Source: an uncultured Candidatus Binatia bacterium (GTDB lineage Bacteria > Desulfobacterota > Binatia > Bin18). Taken from it: a stretch of DNA of 64,000 nt. Of the stretch, positions 1-11,100 are shown piece by piece (position 1 is the stretch's first letter; the number at the start of each line of letters is the position of its first letter). The notes below the pieces were generated by a model. It made no database searches and was not told where the DNA came from. It saw only the letters and a program-made list of their open reading frames with translations. The translations under genes were made by a program, and so were the position numbers. The stretch spans positions 736,001 through 800,000 of the forward strand of contig OZ241744.1 of NCBI GenBank assembly GCA_965200965.1, in the 5' to 3' direction.

Positions 1-267
1 TTTCAGGGCGACGCGGTACCGTTTACCACCTACCCGAACGTGTTTGACCATCCCCAGGTCAAAGCCTTGGATGTGGTGCGCCAGATTGCGCGTCCGGGTG
101 CCGAGCCGTTTGAGACGATTGGGCCGGTGTGGCGTTTTTCAGACACCCCGGCCGCGGTGCAGGGCCCGCCCCCTGGCCTCGGCCAGCACACCGACGAGAT
201 TCTGGGCGAACTGGGCTACAGCGCGGACGATATCCAGCGCCTAAAAGCCGCCTCTATTGTTGCCTGA
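1..267 (+). CDS. CaiB/BaiF (family III) CoA-transferase, C-terminal part (truncated by window edge)
   Basis: Frame 1 is open from base 1; typical C-terminus 'FSDTPAAVQGPPPGLGQHTDEILGELGYSADDIQRL'. Confidence 0.8.
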   Translation, partial: FQGDAVPFTTYPNVFDHPQVKALDVVRQIARPGAEPFETIGPVWRFSDTPAAVQGPPPGLGQHTDEILGELGYSADDIQRLKAASIVA

Positions 268-2094
268 CCGGTTCTCCACAAACGGCTCGCAGGCCGCCCG
301 CAGCCAAGCCCGGTCTTCGTCGCCAAGCAGGGGGCCGATGGCGTCAAGCACCTGCCGATGATAGTCGGCCAGCCAGCCGCGGTCGGTCTGGCTGAGCTGC
401 TCCCAGTCAATCAGGCGGTGGTCAAACGGAATCAGGGTCAGCGTCTCCAGTTGGAGCCATTTTTTGCCGCTGGGGTGCTCGGGCAGGCTGTTGTCGGGTG
501 TGATGACGTACAGGTTTTCGAGCCGAATCCCGCCCCAGCCAGCCTCGTAATAGCCGGGTTCGTTGGAGATAATCATGCCGGCTTGGAGGGCTTCGTCGCT
601 GCCGCGGGGGGCGACCCGCTGGGGGCCTTCGTGGACATTGAGCAGCGCCCCGACCCCGTGCCCGGTACCGTGGCCGTAGTCAAGGCCGACGTTCCACATC
701 TGGCCGCGGGTCAGGGCGTCCAGGGCCACGCCGCCCGTGCCTTCGGGAAACTTCTGGCGCGCCAACTCGACATGACAGCGCAGGACCAGGGTATACAGCT
801 GCTGTTGGCGAGCGGTTGGCGTGCCAAGGCAGATCGTCCGGGTGTCATCGGTCGTGCCAGCCCCCATCTGGGCACCGGAGTCAACGAGCAGCAACTCGCC
901 GTCCTGGAGGGCCGCCTCATCGTTAGCCCCGCCATAGTGGACAATCGCCCCGTTGGCCCCGACCGCAGCAATAGTGGCAAAACTCAGCTCGCGAAACCCG
1001 GCTTCGCGGGCGTATTCGTCGTGCAAGATCTGGGCATACGCCTTTTCGCTCATCGGCCGCCCCGCGGCCCGCATCCGTTCCATGCGTGCCAGGCTGCGGA
1101 TCTTGGCCGCCGCGGCGCGTTGATGAGCTTGGCGGCTGCCGGCCAGCTCAACCTCGTTTTTGAGCGCCTTCATCAGCACGACCGGGTTGCGCGCCTCGTA
1201 CACCTGGCGGCCCTCGGGCAGGAGCAGGCGGGTGCCCATAGTCGTGCCGGCCGGGTCGAGCCAGATTTTTCCGGCCGGGCTTTTGCTGATGCGCCGCAGC
1301 GTCTCGGTGTAGACCTCATACGGGGCAAAGCTCATGTCTGGGGCCAGGGCGGCCTGAATTTCGGGTGCAGGGCTGAGGCGGGTAAAACACGTTGCCCGTT
1401 CCTGCTCAAGTACGCAGTAGGACTCAAAGACCGGGTTATACGACACGTCGCTGCCGCGCAGATTGCTCAGCCAGGCAATCTCGTCGAGCCTGCTCAGGAC
1501 CAGAACCGTCACCTCCTGCTCGGCCATTTTTTCTCGTACCGCGGCCAGCTTATCGGCCACCGAACGGCCGGTGTCGGCCTCCGGCAGCAGGTCGATCGGC
1601 TGGCAAGGGGCTGGGGGTCGGTCCTGCCAGACCGCATCAACCAGATTGCCGCCAATCGGCACCAGGGCCGAAGCCCCAGACTTGAGTGCCCGGCTGTAGG
1701 CGGCGTACATCTCCATTGCCATAACAAACGGATCATAGCCGACCCGTAGGCTGCCGCGCTCTTTTTCCATTTCGCCCAGCCACTCGCTCAGCGTCTTCTC
1801 GCCCTCCATGCCCACCTTGTGAACCCGAAACAGGGTCGGATCGACTTCCTGTTCGGCCTGCAAGTAATAGCGCGAGTCCACAAACACATGATTGCCGTGG
1901 GGGCTTATCAGGGCATCGCCGGCCGAGCCGGTGAAATTGCTCATGGCGGCCCGGCGTTGCTGATAGGCCGGGACATATTCGTTGAGGTGGCAATCCGAGG
2001 ATGGCACCAGGTAGGCATCAACCCGGGCGTCCTGGAGACGCTGACATAGGGCGGCGACCCGCCCGGCGATCTGCTCCCTGGTCATGCTATCCAA
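241..2094 (-). CDS. Xaa-Pro aminopeptidase (aminopeptidase P, M24B, long form)
   Basis: Motifs DSGAQ..GTTDDTRT, HGTGHGVG..LNVHEGP, SNEPGYY, GIRLEN; the start may be the ATG at 2085. Confidence 0.9.
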   Translation of the reverse strand: MDSMTREQIAGRVAALCQRLQDARVDAYLVPSSDCHLNEYVPAYQQRRAAMSNFTGSAGDALISPHGNHVFVDSRYYLQAEQEVDPTLFRVHKVGMEGEKTLSEWLGEMEKERGSLRVGYDPFVMAMEMYAAYSRALKSGASALVPIGGNLVDAVWQDRPPAPCQPIDLLPEADTGRSVADKLAAVREKMAEQEVTVLVLSRLDEIAWLSNLRGSDVSYNPVFESYCVLEQERATCFTRLSPAPEIQAALAPDMSFAPYEVYTETLRRISKSPAGKIWLDPAGTTMGTRLLLPEGRQVYEARNPVVLMKALKNEVELAGSRQAHQRAAAAKIRSLARMERMRAAGRPMSEKAYAQILHDEYAREAGFRELSFATIAAVGANGAIVHYGGANDEAALQDGELLLVDSGAQMGAGTTDDTRTICLGTPTARQQQLYTLVLRCHVELARQKFPEGTGGVALDALTRGQMWNVGLDYGHGTGHGVGALLNVHEGPQRVAPRGSDEALQAGMIISNEPGYYEAGWGGIRLENLYVITPDNSLPEHPSGKKWLQLETLTLIPFDHRLIDWEQLSQTDRGWLADYHRQVLDAIGPLLGDEDRAWLRAACEPFVENRSGNNRGGF

Positions 2095-2139
2095 GACGCG
2101 CCCTCCTTAGTTCTGTCGTGCGATATGGGCCGGCGTGCC

Positions 2140-2967
2140 TCAGTGCTCTTCAAGCGGCTCGTAGTCCGGGATGCGGTGGTCCATCTCCAGGGCCGGGTGG
2201 CTTTTGGCGCAGCGGCCGACGATTTTGGCCGGCACACCGGCCACCGTGCAGCCGGCCGGCACATCGCTCAGCACAACGCTGCCGGCACCGACCTTGGCAT
2301 CCGCGCCGACCTCAACATTGCCCAGAATTTTGGCCCCGGCGCTGATCAGCACACCGGTCCGAATTTTGGGGTGGCGGTCGCCGCCCTCCTTGCCGGTGCC
2401 GCCTAGGGTGACTTCCTGGAGCATGGACACCTCGTCTTCTACCACCGCGGTTTCACCGATGACCAAGCTCGTGCCGTGGTCAATAAACACGCCCGAGCCG
2501 ATGCGGGCCGCGGGGTGGATATCGACTCCAAACACCTCAGAGATGCGGTTCTGAAAACAGAAGGCCAGGGTCTGGCGGTCCTGGGTCCACAGCCAGTGGG
2601 CAACCCGGTAGGCTTCGAGGGCGTGCAGACCCTTGTAGTACAGCAGGGGGACGAGATAGGACGAGCAGGCCGGGTCACGCTCGCGCGCACCACGAATATC
2701 GGCCCGAATCGCCCGGCCAATGGTGGCGTCTTCCAGCATCGCCTCAATGATGATGTCGCGCAGCGACATGGACGGCAGGTTCAGGTTGGTCAGCTTGCCG
2801 GCCAGATGAAAGCTCAGGGCTTCCTCCAGCGAGGAGTGGTTGAGGATGATCGAGTGCAGAAAGCTGGCCAGAACCGGCTCGTGCTCCTCTTCTCGCGCGG
2901 CCTCTTGCCGAACCGTCCGCCAGACCCAGTCGCCGCTCAGGGTGTTGCGTTTGACAGCCAGTGCCAT
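2140..2967 (-). CDS. cysE: Serine O-acetyltransferase
   Basis: RDPAC, GVDIHPAARIG, IDHGT, VTLGGTGKEGGDRHPKI hexapeptide region; AGGAGA RBS before the ATG at 2967. Confidence 0.93.
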   Translation of the reverse strand: MALAVKRNTLSGDWVWRTVRQEAAREEEHEPVLASFLHSIILNHSSLEEALSFHLAGKLTNLNLPSMSLRDIIIEAMLEDATIGRAIRADIRGARERDPACSSYLVPLLYYKGLHALEAYRVAHWLWTQDRQTLAFCFQNRISEVFGVDIHPAARIGSGVFIDHGTSLVIGETAVVEDEVSMLQEVTLGGTGKEGGDRHPKIRTGVLISAGAKILGNVEVGADAKVGAGSVVLSDVPAGCTVAGVPAKIVGRCAKSHPALEMDHRIPDYEPLEEH

Positions 2968-3008
2968 GCCTCTCCTGTAGCCTGAACGCCGGGCAAGGAC
3001 AAGTAGCC

Positions 3009-3776
3009 TTACAAGCGACTCAACACCCCGCCCTCCAGCCACAGCGTTTGGCCGGTGATAAAACCAGAGCGGTCTGAGGCAAAGCTCAGGACCGCGGCGG
3101 CAATATCCTGGGGGTGAGCCAGACGTTTGTGGGGGATGTAGCGGCTGAGTTGTTGCTTGACCGCGTCGTCCTCAATCATGGCCATGCCCTCGGTCCAGCC
3201 GGCCCCGATGGCGTTGACGGTGATGCCTTGGCGGGCCCATTCCTGGGACAGGGCCCGGGTCAGGTTGAGCACACCGGCTTGGGCGGCACAGTAGGCACTC
3301 CCGTTGGCCATGCCGCGTTGGCCAAGCACAGACACAAGGTTGATAATCCGACCGTATTGCTGAGACAGCATCGGGCCGGCGGCCGCCCGACAGCTCAGGT
3401 ATACGCCACTCAGGTTGACGGCCAGCACCCGGTTCCACTCGGCCAGCGAACTGTGCTGGATGGGCTTGGCAAAGGCCAGGTCCGGGGCGTTGACCAGGAT
3501 GTCGAGGCTGCCCAGTGCAGATACGGTGCGCTCAACAAGGGCGTTCACGTCGCGCTCGCTGGTGATGTCAAGCGTCTGGGCAAAGCCTGCCCGGCCCATA
3601 TCACGAATCGTGTTCTCGCAGGTCTGGAGCGCGGCCAGCTCACGCGGCAAGGGCAGGCTGGTAGACAGGGCGGTCCTGGCCCCGGCCCCGGCCAACGCCA
3701 GGGCCAAGGCACCCCCAATCGGCGTAGAAGCACCGACGATCAGAGCAGATTTGCCGGCCAGCGAAAAGGCGCTCAT
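3009..3776 (-). CDS. SDR-fold oxidoreductase, atypical (YxxxQ, degenerate Gly motif)
   Basis: IVGASTPIG, DILVNAP, YCAAQAG, ITGQTLWLEGG; ATGA overlap with the upstream SDR. Confidence 0.8.
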   Translation of the reverse strand: MSAFSLAGKSALIVGASTPIGGALALALAGAGARTALSTSLPLPRELAALQTCENTIRDMGRAGFAQTLDITSERDVNALVERTVSALGSLDILVNAPDLAFAKPIQHSSLAEWNRVLAVNLSGVYLSCRAAAGPMLSQQYGRIINLVSVLGQRGMANGSAYCAAQAGVLNLTRALSQEWARQGITVNAIGAGWTEGMAMIEDDAVKQQLSRYIPHKRLAHPQDIAAAVLSFASDRSGFITGQTLWLEGGVLSRL

Positions 3777-4588
3777 TGCTGCTCTCCTTCCAACGCCACC
3801 AGCGGGGCAAAGCCGGTCGGGACCTGACCGCCGGCCAGGCCGCCGCCTTCGGTGCAGATCATTTCCCCGTTCATGTAGTTGGAGGCGTCTGAGGCCAGGA
3901 ACACGCACAGATGGCCCAGTTCTTCGTCTTTGCCTACCCGACCGACCGGAATGAACTTGCCGCCCTGCCAGAATTTGACCAGGGCCGGGTCATCGTGGGG
4001 AAAAATGCCCGGCATGATGAGGTTGGTCTGGATATTTTTATCGGCATAGTTCATGGCCATGCAGCGGGTGAAGTTGTTGAGCCCGGCCTTGGCCGCGGTG
4101 TACATGAAGTTATACTTGGTGGCCCGGACGCCAAGCCCGGAGGTGATGTTGATGATCTTGCCACCACCCTGTGTGAGCATATGCGGGATGACCGCCCGGC
4201 AGCAAAAGACCGCACCGGTCAGATTGGTATCAATGCCTGTGTGCCACTCCTCGTCGCTGATGTCTTCCAGGGGCTTGTTCCACCCCCGGCTGGCCCCGCC
4301 GGCGTTGTTGACCAGTACGTTAATCCGCCCGAACTCGGCCAGGCTGGCATTGACCATCGCCTGGACCGAAGCGGAGTCGGTGATATCCACCGGCACGGCC
4401 AGACAGCGCCGGCCGGTGGCCCGGATCATCGCCGCCGTTTCCTCAATCTGTGCTGCGGTCCGGGCCGCGGCCACCAAGTCGGCCCCGGCCGCAGCCAGCT
4501 CAAGGGCCATTGCCCGGCCTAAGCCTCGTCCGGCCCCGGTCATGATAATCAGCTTGCCGTCCAGGCGAAATCTGTCCAGTACACCCAT
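3773..4588 (-). CDS. Short-chain dehydrogenase/reductase (classical)
   Basis: TGAGRGLG, NNAG, YTAAK; GGAGG RBS before the ATG at 4588. Confidence 0.88.
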   Translation of the reverse strand: MGVLDRFRLDGKLIIMTGAGRGLGRAMALELAAAGADLVAAARTAAQIEETAAMIRATGRRCLAVPVDITDSASVQAMVNASLAEFGRINVLVNNAGGASRGWNKPLEDISDEEWHTGIDTNLTGAVFCCRAVIPHMLTQGGGKIINITSGLGVRATKYNFMYTAAKAGLNNFTRCMAMNYADKNIQTNLIMPGIFPHDDPALVKFWQGGKFIPVGRVGKDEELGHLCVFLASDASNYMNGEMICTEGGGLAGGQVPTGFAPLVALEGEQQ

Positions 4589-4649
4589 TGCCTTGCCTCC
4601 TGTGGTCTGGCAGGACATGGCGCAATTGGTGTGATATTGCAAGAGCACG

Positions 4650-5321
4650 ATGGAGGCTGAAGACCAGACCTGGAGGACATTCATTGAGGGGCTGGTCTAT
4701 CCTGACGATCAAGCGCCGTGGCGGGCTGACCCGGCCTATGCCCTGATCCTGGACCATCCGGGGCTGCGCGACAGCGTCGGCGGCCATGTCGCGCCCGCAC
4801 TGCAACAGGCCCTCGGGCTGGTCAAAGCGCTGGCCCAGGTCGATGTGCTGGAAAGACTCCGGGCAAGCCGGCCGGCCTATGGGCTGTGTCTGGGGTTTGG
4901 TGCCAACGCGCTTGAACCCTGCGATGTGCTGACGGTTTTTGGGCTTGACCGGGTGCATGGCTATGAATGGATTGCTGCCCAGGTTGTTGAGGCGGCCCGG
5001 CTTTTCCACATGAAGCGGGCCGCAGATGCCCGGCTGGCGGACAAGCTCCGTCTGCATCACGCCACCGCCAGTGACCTCAGCGCCCTGGCCGACCGCTCAA
5101 TACAGGTGGTGTACACTGCCAATATGTTTAGTCGTGAGATTCCGATGAGCGCCAACACGTTTGAGCGGGCCGTCAAAGAGTTGCTGCGGGTCTTGGCCCC
5201 GGGCGGCTTTGTCTTCAGTCGCGGCTCGGCCGGCATCCTGGAAGGCCGGCTGGGGCAGGTGTGCCAAGCCCTGCTCAACAACCCCCTGGTGTCGGTCTTT
5301 CAGCGCCGTTCAGACATCTGA
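4650..5321 (+). CDS. Putative class I SAM-dependent methyltransferase
   Basis: GLCLGFGAN (motif-I like), VHGYE, 'ELLRVLAPGGFVF'. Confidence 0.55.
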   Translation: MEAEDQTWRTFIEGLVYPDDQAPWRADPAYALILDHPGLRDSVGGHVAPALQQALGLVKALAQVDVLERLRASRPAYGLCLGFGANALEPCDVLTVFGLDRVHGYEWIAAQVVEAARLFHMKRAADARLADKLRLHHATASDLSALADRSIQVVYTANMFSREIPMSANTFERAVKELLRVLAPGGFVFSRGSAGILEGRLGQVCQALLNNPLVSVFQRRSDI

Positions 5322-5345
5322 GAGCGATCGGGGGGGAGGCTGGGG

Positions 5346-6161
5346 GTGAGGCGAACGGCTCTGGGGGCGATTGGCGGCGGGTTGGGGGCGGCTCTGCTGT
5401 GGTTGTTCGGCGCGCCGATCGACTGGATCAAGAACAGCCTGGTCTTTCACCCCGGCTCCAAGCTGACGAGCTCACCTGCCGAGTACGGCTTTGAGTACGA
5501 AGAACTGTGGTTCGGCGGAGCGGATGGACGGAGCTTGCACGGCTGGTATCTGCCGGGAAGTGGCTCGGCGCTGTTTGTGTGGTTTCACGGCAACGCCGGC
5601 AATATCGGCCACCGGCTTGACCACGCCCGGCTGCTGTCCGATCGGCTCGGGGTGGGGCATTTTCTGTTCGACTATCGGGGCTACGGCAACAGCCGGGGCC
5701 GGCCGACGATTCCGGGTTTTCTGGCCGACAGCCGGGACGCAGTTGCCCTGGTCAGAGAGAAGGGCTGGGCGGACGGCAAACTGCTGGTGTATGTCGGCGA
5801 ATCGCTCGGCTGTGCCGCGGCCGTTGCCGTCGGCATTGAGCGGCCGCCCGACCGGGCGATTCTCCTGGCTCCGTTCTACTCCTTGCGGGCAATGGGCGAT
5901 ATTGTCCTGCCGCCCCTGGCCTTTGTGGTGGACGATGAGCTGAACACGGCCCGGATCATCGGCCAGTTCCGCAGTCCGCTGCTGGTGGTGCATGGCACAG
6001 ACGACCGGGTTATTCCCTACCAGCAGGGCCGGGACCTGTTTGCCTTGGCCAGCCCGCCCAAACGTTTTCACCGTGTGGCCGGTGGCGGGCACGTCGATAT
6101 GCACCTGGTCGGCGGAGAGGCGTATGTTCAGGCGATTAGCGCGCTGCTGGCCGGACCCTAG
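5346..6161 (+). CDS. Alpha/beta hydrolase (ABHD/YfhR-like)
   Basis: FHGNAGN, DYRGYGNS, GESLG nucleophile elbow, HGTDDRVIP, GGGH. Confidence 0.88.
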   Translation: MRRTALGAIGGGLGAALLWLFGAPIDWIKNSLVFHPGSKLTSSPAEYGFEYEELWFGGADGRSLHGWYLPGSGSALFVWFHGNAGNIGHRLDHARLLSDRLGVGHFLFDYRGYGNSRGRPTIPGFLADSRDAVALVREKGWADGKLLVYVGESLGCAAAVAVGIERPPDRAILLAPFYSLRAMGDIVLPPLAFVVDDELNTARIIGQFRSPLLVVHGTDDRVIPYQQGRDLFALASPPKRFHRVAGGGHVDMHLVGGEAYVQAISALLAGP

Positions 6162-6162
6162 A

Positions 6163-7821
6163 TCAGTCCGTCCCGGTCATTGCCGGGCCGTCGGGCCGCG
6201 GACTCAGGGTTTCTCCCTCGCTGCTGGCCACCACACAGGTGACGGTCAGGTCGCCGGTGACATTGACCGCGGTCCGACACATGTCCAGCAGCCGATCAAT
6301 GCCCAGGATGAGGGCGAGGCCGGCCATCGGCACGCCGATGGTGGTCAGCACCAGGGCCAGGGTAATCATACCGGCCCCGGGCACGCCGGCTGCCCCGATG
6401 GAGGCCATTGTGGCGGTCAGCACAATGCTGAGTTGGGCTTGCAGGGAGAGGTCGAGCTGAAACACCTGGGCAATGAACACCGCGGCTACGCCCTGATACA
6501 GGGCCGTGCCGTCCATATTGACGGTCGAGCCGAGGGGCAGCACAAAACTGGCGACCGGATTGCTCACCCCCAGCCGCTCTTCGGCACACTGGAGCGAAAC
6601 GGGCAGGGTGGCCGAGGACGACGAGGTTGAGAAGGCGATCAGCTGGGCTTGGCGGATGGACCGCATGAAGCTGAGCCACGGCAGCCTGACCACAACATGG
6701 ACCAGCCCGCCATAGATGACCCCGGCGTGAATGGCCAGACCGAGCACAACGGTCAGGCCGTAGGCCAGCAGGGCCGAGAGGACGCTCAAGCCGCTCAGGC
6801 CGACCACCTCGGCCACCAGGGCGGCGACTCCAAACGGGGCCAGCCGCATCACCTGTTCAATGACGACGATCATGGCGTCCTGAACCCGTTCAAAAAAGCG
6901 GACGACCGGCTGTGAGCGGTGTTCCTGTGCGGTCTCATCCTGCCCGAGCAGGGTCAGGGCAATGCCGAAGACAATGGCGAAGAAGATGATCTGCAACATA
7001 TTGCCCTCGGTCAGTGCGGCCGCCGGGTTGGTGGGGATAATCGACAGCACGGTGTCAATTGTTGAGGGCGCACCGGCCGCGGCCGAAACCCGGCTGCCGG
7101 CCGCAGCGTCAAACTGGGCCAGCAGCGACACCCGGTCGGCCTCGTTCAGGAAGGCCCCGGGCTGGATGATGTTGGCGCAGATCAGGCCGATGGTCACAGC
7201 CAGGGCGGTCGTGGCCAGATACAGCCCCAGGGTCTTGCTGCCCAGCCGGCCGAGCTTGCGGACATCGCCCAGGCTGGCAACGCCGACCAACAGCGAGGCA
7301 AACACCAGCGGCACAATCACCATGCGGATGAGGCGCAGGAAGAGCGCGCCTACCGGTCGCAGCCAGGCGATCAGGCTGTCACCAAAGGCGCTGATCGGCT
7401 GGGGGGACAGGGCAAAGCCGCCGCCGGCCAGCGGCTCGGCCGTGATTCGCAGCCAGCCCTTGACCGGCTGACCCGGTTGCGGCCTGCCGAGGGCGGCGTG
7501 GAGTGAGCCCGAGGCGTCGTGCAGGACCAGCGAGCGGCTCCACACAACATAACCCCTGGCCCAGACCGGCAGATCGTGTGCTTGGCCGTTGGCGTCGAGG
7601 CGGACCTCGGTCAGCGTTGCTTCGGCCACAAAGCGCAGAGCGGCCCCGGCCGGCAGGCTGATCTGTGAGTCCGGCTCATCCCGGTCGCGCTGAAAATGGG
7701 CCTGCGAGGCATCAGCGATCGTATACAGGTTGGGGCTGAGGAGGGGCGAGTTCGGCCCCAGCGTGAGGCCGATGACCACCCCCACCACCATGCCGATCAG
7801 AATCTTGGTGTACAGTTGCAT
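6163..7821 (-). CDS. Dicarboxylate/amino acid:cation symporter (DAACS, GltP-like) with N-terminal insertion
   Basis: AFSTSSSSATLP, TVNMDGTALYQ, ASIGAAGVPGAG, DRLLDMCRTAVNVTGD. Confidence 0.92.
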   Translation of the reverse strand: MQLYTKILIGMVVGVVIGLTLGPNSPLLSPNLYTIADASQAHFQRDRDEPDSQISLPAGAALRFVAEATLTEVRLDANGQAHDLPVWARGYVVWSRSLVLHDASGSLHAALGRPQPGQPVKGWLRITAEPLAGGGFALSPQPISAFGDSLIAWLRPVGALFLRLIRMVIVPLVFASLLVGVASLGDVRKLGRLGSKTLGLYLATTALAVTIGLICANIIQPGAFLNEADRVSLLAQFDAAAGSRVSAAAGAPSTIDTVLSIIPTNPAAALTEGNMLQIIFFAIVFGIALTLLGQDETAQEHRSQPVVRFFERVQDAMIVVIEQVMRLAPFGVAALVAEVVGLSGLSVLSALLAYGLTVVLGLAIHAGVIYGGLVHVVVRLPWLSFMRSIRQAQLIAFSTSSSSATLPVSLQCAEERLGVSNPVASFVLPLGSTVNMDGTALYQGVAAVFIAQVFQLDLSLQAQLSIVLTATMASIGAAGVPGAGMITLALVLTTIGVPMAGLALILGIDRLLDMCRTAVNVTGDLTVTCVVASSEGETLSPRPDGPAMTGTD

Positions 7822-8110
7822 AGCGCAGCAGCATAGCCCCGGCCGCTTGGCTGACGCAAGGTCGCGCCTATTGACACCAGGACCGGACTTCCGCCAGGGA
7901 GGACGCTGCCGCTATCCACCCATTGCTGCGATACGCCGGGCCATCCCTGTCAATTTTGCTCCAATAGAACCCCCCGAAGCAGAGAGGTGAGAGGAACGCA
8001 GGTCGGGTGGACGCCGGAGCCCGTTATCCGACGCTATGCGGGAGCCTCCTTATGCGGAGGCAGATAACTGTGCTGGCACCAGGGCTTGCCCCTCCGTCTA
8101 CAGGCCGCCT

Positions 8111-11100
8111 TTAGCAGAGCATATTTTGCAGAAAACGAAAGACTTCTCCCCTGGAAAGTTGGTCGTGACAGAACTGGTTGCGGTAGTTCCGCAGACAGCC
8201 ATAGCAACTCGTATCTCCTGGACCGGCAGGGCCGCCACCGCACCCGCATCGGCCATCTACTCGGTCCCGAGCCGCTTGGAGTACGCCCTCTAAATGCTTG
8301 CCCACCCGGCCGACATGACCTGCGCCTCCCGGGACATTATCAAACAGCACCAAGGCAGGGGCCATATGCCGACCTGCGTATGGATATAAGCAGCCGTCGA
8401 GGTCTTGTCTTCTCACGCTGAGAGCCGCACTCGCGCCCTCCAGAAGGGCGTACAAAAGAGAGAGCCAGAAGTCCTCCTGCTGGATTGTGTCGACTTGAAT
8501 GCGCAGGTCAAGTATGTCCGAGAGAAATTCGTGGCCGAGGTCAGAGAAGGTCAAAGTGCCTGTGCAGTCTCTCCCCCAAGCGGTTTGATGTGAGCCACTA
8601 AACTTGTGGGAGGCGCGGAGAGCAAAGCCACATCGAGAGCAGATTTTGAAGCCTGCCCTATTGACTACGGCTAGCTTGCCGTGACGGGCGTAGGAGCCTT
8701 CAATAAGAACGCCGTTTTTGTTCTCTCGAAAAGTCTTCTCCTCTTGGCTGTCTCCAGCGAAATATACGCGGGAAGAATAGGTCCGCTCTGGACGGGACTC
8801 TCCGGGCGCTTTTGGTTTCTTAGGCTGTGTCTGAAATCCAAACTTGGGCTCGATAAAGATTTTCGGCCTGTCGAGCTCGCCTCTACATGCGCGGCAGCGA
8901 CTCGGTAAACTCTCAGCCTCGGCATGTACACTGTCGTAGCGCCCGCACTCCTGACAGATGGCGTACCGATAGCGGGGCCAAGCTAACTGGGGGAGGCATT
9001 TGAGGCCGTTACTTTTCCACAGCTGCCCTCCAGCGACGACCTCACTCTCCGGGGCATACTCGGCAATGGCGATCCGTAAATCCCGTTGCAGTTCAAGCCT
9101 CCGGGCGGCTTCGCCATGATGCAGAAGTTCCAACTCGACAACATCAACCGGAAAGCCGTACTTGGGCAGGATATTGCGGTTGGCCAAGTATTCGAGCAGA
9201 TGCCGTTCGCGGATCGTGTCGATAGCACGCAAGATATGGTCTGCAGGCTTCTTGGCCGCATTCAGTTCTTGCCGCACGTCTTCAAGGGATGCCACGGTGG
9301 TACGGACTTCCTCCGTTGCAAGGTGTAATCGGCCTTGTGGCTCATCAAAAAGCTCACCGACCCATCCCCAGCCTGTGATATCCAGCGTGTCCTGAAGCTC
9401 GGCTGGCACGATCCAGTGCAAGGCTTCCTGTAGCAGCCGCGGGCGCTGTTCCAGGAAGGTTTGAAACTGTTCAGGACCGGCGGGGTCAGACGGGAAGAAA
9501 AACGCTTTGACATCCCCGAAGAAATTGGGATGTTGCTGAAAGAACATTCCCAGGGCAACAGCATGGGCGTGGCGGCGGATGATTTTCTCATTGCGCAGTT
9601 CAAAATAGGGGGGCCGCACCCGCCCTGAAATTATCCGTTCAGGCTCCTGGAAGTATGTGAGATCATGGGAGCGACGCTGGCAGAAGGTGAGAGAGAACGC
9701 TGTCGCGTCGGCGCGACGGCCGGCTCTTCCTGCTCTTTGGATATAATTGGCTGTTTCTGGCGGAACATTGCGCAGGAGGACAGCCTCAAGCTCTCCAACA
9801 TCCACCCCCAACTCAAAGGTGGTGGAACAGCTCAGGGTATTCACTTCTCCTCGGGTAAATTTGTCCTGCAATGCCGCGGCCGCCTCCCCGGTAAGCTGGG
9901 CGGTATGCTCCTCGACTGTCATGCCTACAGGCGTGAGCCCAAGGTAAAGCTGACGATAGTGGTTGTCTTTGAAGGCAGCGGCGGGCTCGCACGCCTCCAG
10001 CTTCCCATCACAGCCATAGGTCGGGCAGATTTCTCGCAGATTGTGCAGCGATATATTGCCGCACCGCTTGCACCGCCACCAAGGGACACCCGAGTGCGTC
10101 TGATCGATGTTCGGCACGATCTCATAGTAATCATGCCGCAAGCGGTAGACGATTCCTTCAGCTCTCTTGTTGTCTTGGCGGAAGTAATCGGCGAAAGCTG
10201 AGTTTTTATCAACGAGGTTTCTCCATATGCCTGCCAGCGTCTCTGCCTCTTTCGCTACCCCGTTGGCGAGCGTGCGTGAGAGTTTTGTGAGCAGGTCTAA
10301 GCGCCTGTTTTTCTTACCATGCGCGGGTGATCTCCAACTCAGGATATGCTTTCCGCGGACGCTGGTGTTATCCCGGAAGTAATACTCTCGGTTGCGGGGA
10401 GCAAAAGCCTCGTCGGTCGGTTCAACACTAACACTGTCAGGAAAACTTACGGCTCCCTGGAGACGAAAGCTGCTGAGCAAGAGCGCGTACAATTCCCAGG
10501 CTTCGTCAGGCGAGAGTTCCCAGGGGGGCTTCAAGAGAGGAGGCGGGGGGGACCAGACTTGGGGCCGGACAAGGCGAAAGCCCAGGATGCCGAGCCCTTC
10601 AAGGCTATTGCGCCGGTCCAAAGGCAGCAACTCAAGCAAGAGCCATTTCCAGACCTCGTTGATCTTCTGTTGTAGGCTCCAGCGATTTGGGAAGATGCCG
10701 AGTTCCTCGGCAGTCCGACGGGTTGGTTCCGCTAAATCCTGAATCCTCCACTTGTTTGCGACCGCCTCCGGGTGCTGCTTTAGTGTAAGAACAAGCAAGC
10801 GGCGCCGGAGGAGCTGATTGTAGGTACGGTCCAGATAACAGGCAAAGAAAGCCGCGTCCTGGCGGCTGTCGGAGAAGACGAGCAGCTTTTTCCGCTCGTC
10901 TGAAGGGCGAGCCGAAGGTGCGGGGGGTGGCGCGCCCCACTCGTCCTGCTCCTCATTCTGTTCTTCTTTCAGTGGTTCGGGTGCGGATGGAATCTCCTGG
11001 TAAAGCGCTGTGGCAAGCACGCTGGTGGCTGCATCCTGGCCGGTCAGGAAACGCAGAACCAGCCCCGGACTCCTGGTCCCACAGGCAGGGCAGTGATTGA

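Noticed and set aside
241-267. Convergent 27-bp overlap of the CoA-transferase and aminopeptidase genes
   Set aside because: Short tail-to-tail overlaps are common; no evidence of function.
7822-8110. Possible tRNA, ncRNA or att site at the left edge of the helicase island
   Set aside because: No cloverleaf or TTCGA arm, and no direct repeat matching the right edge (16430-16632) was found by eye. Only a short GC hairpin near 8043-8061 without a U-tract.
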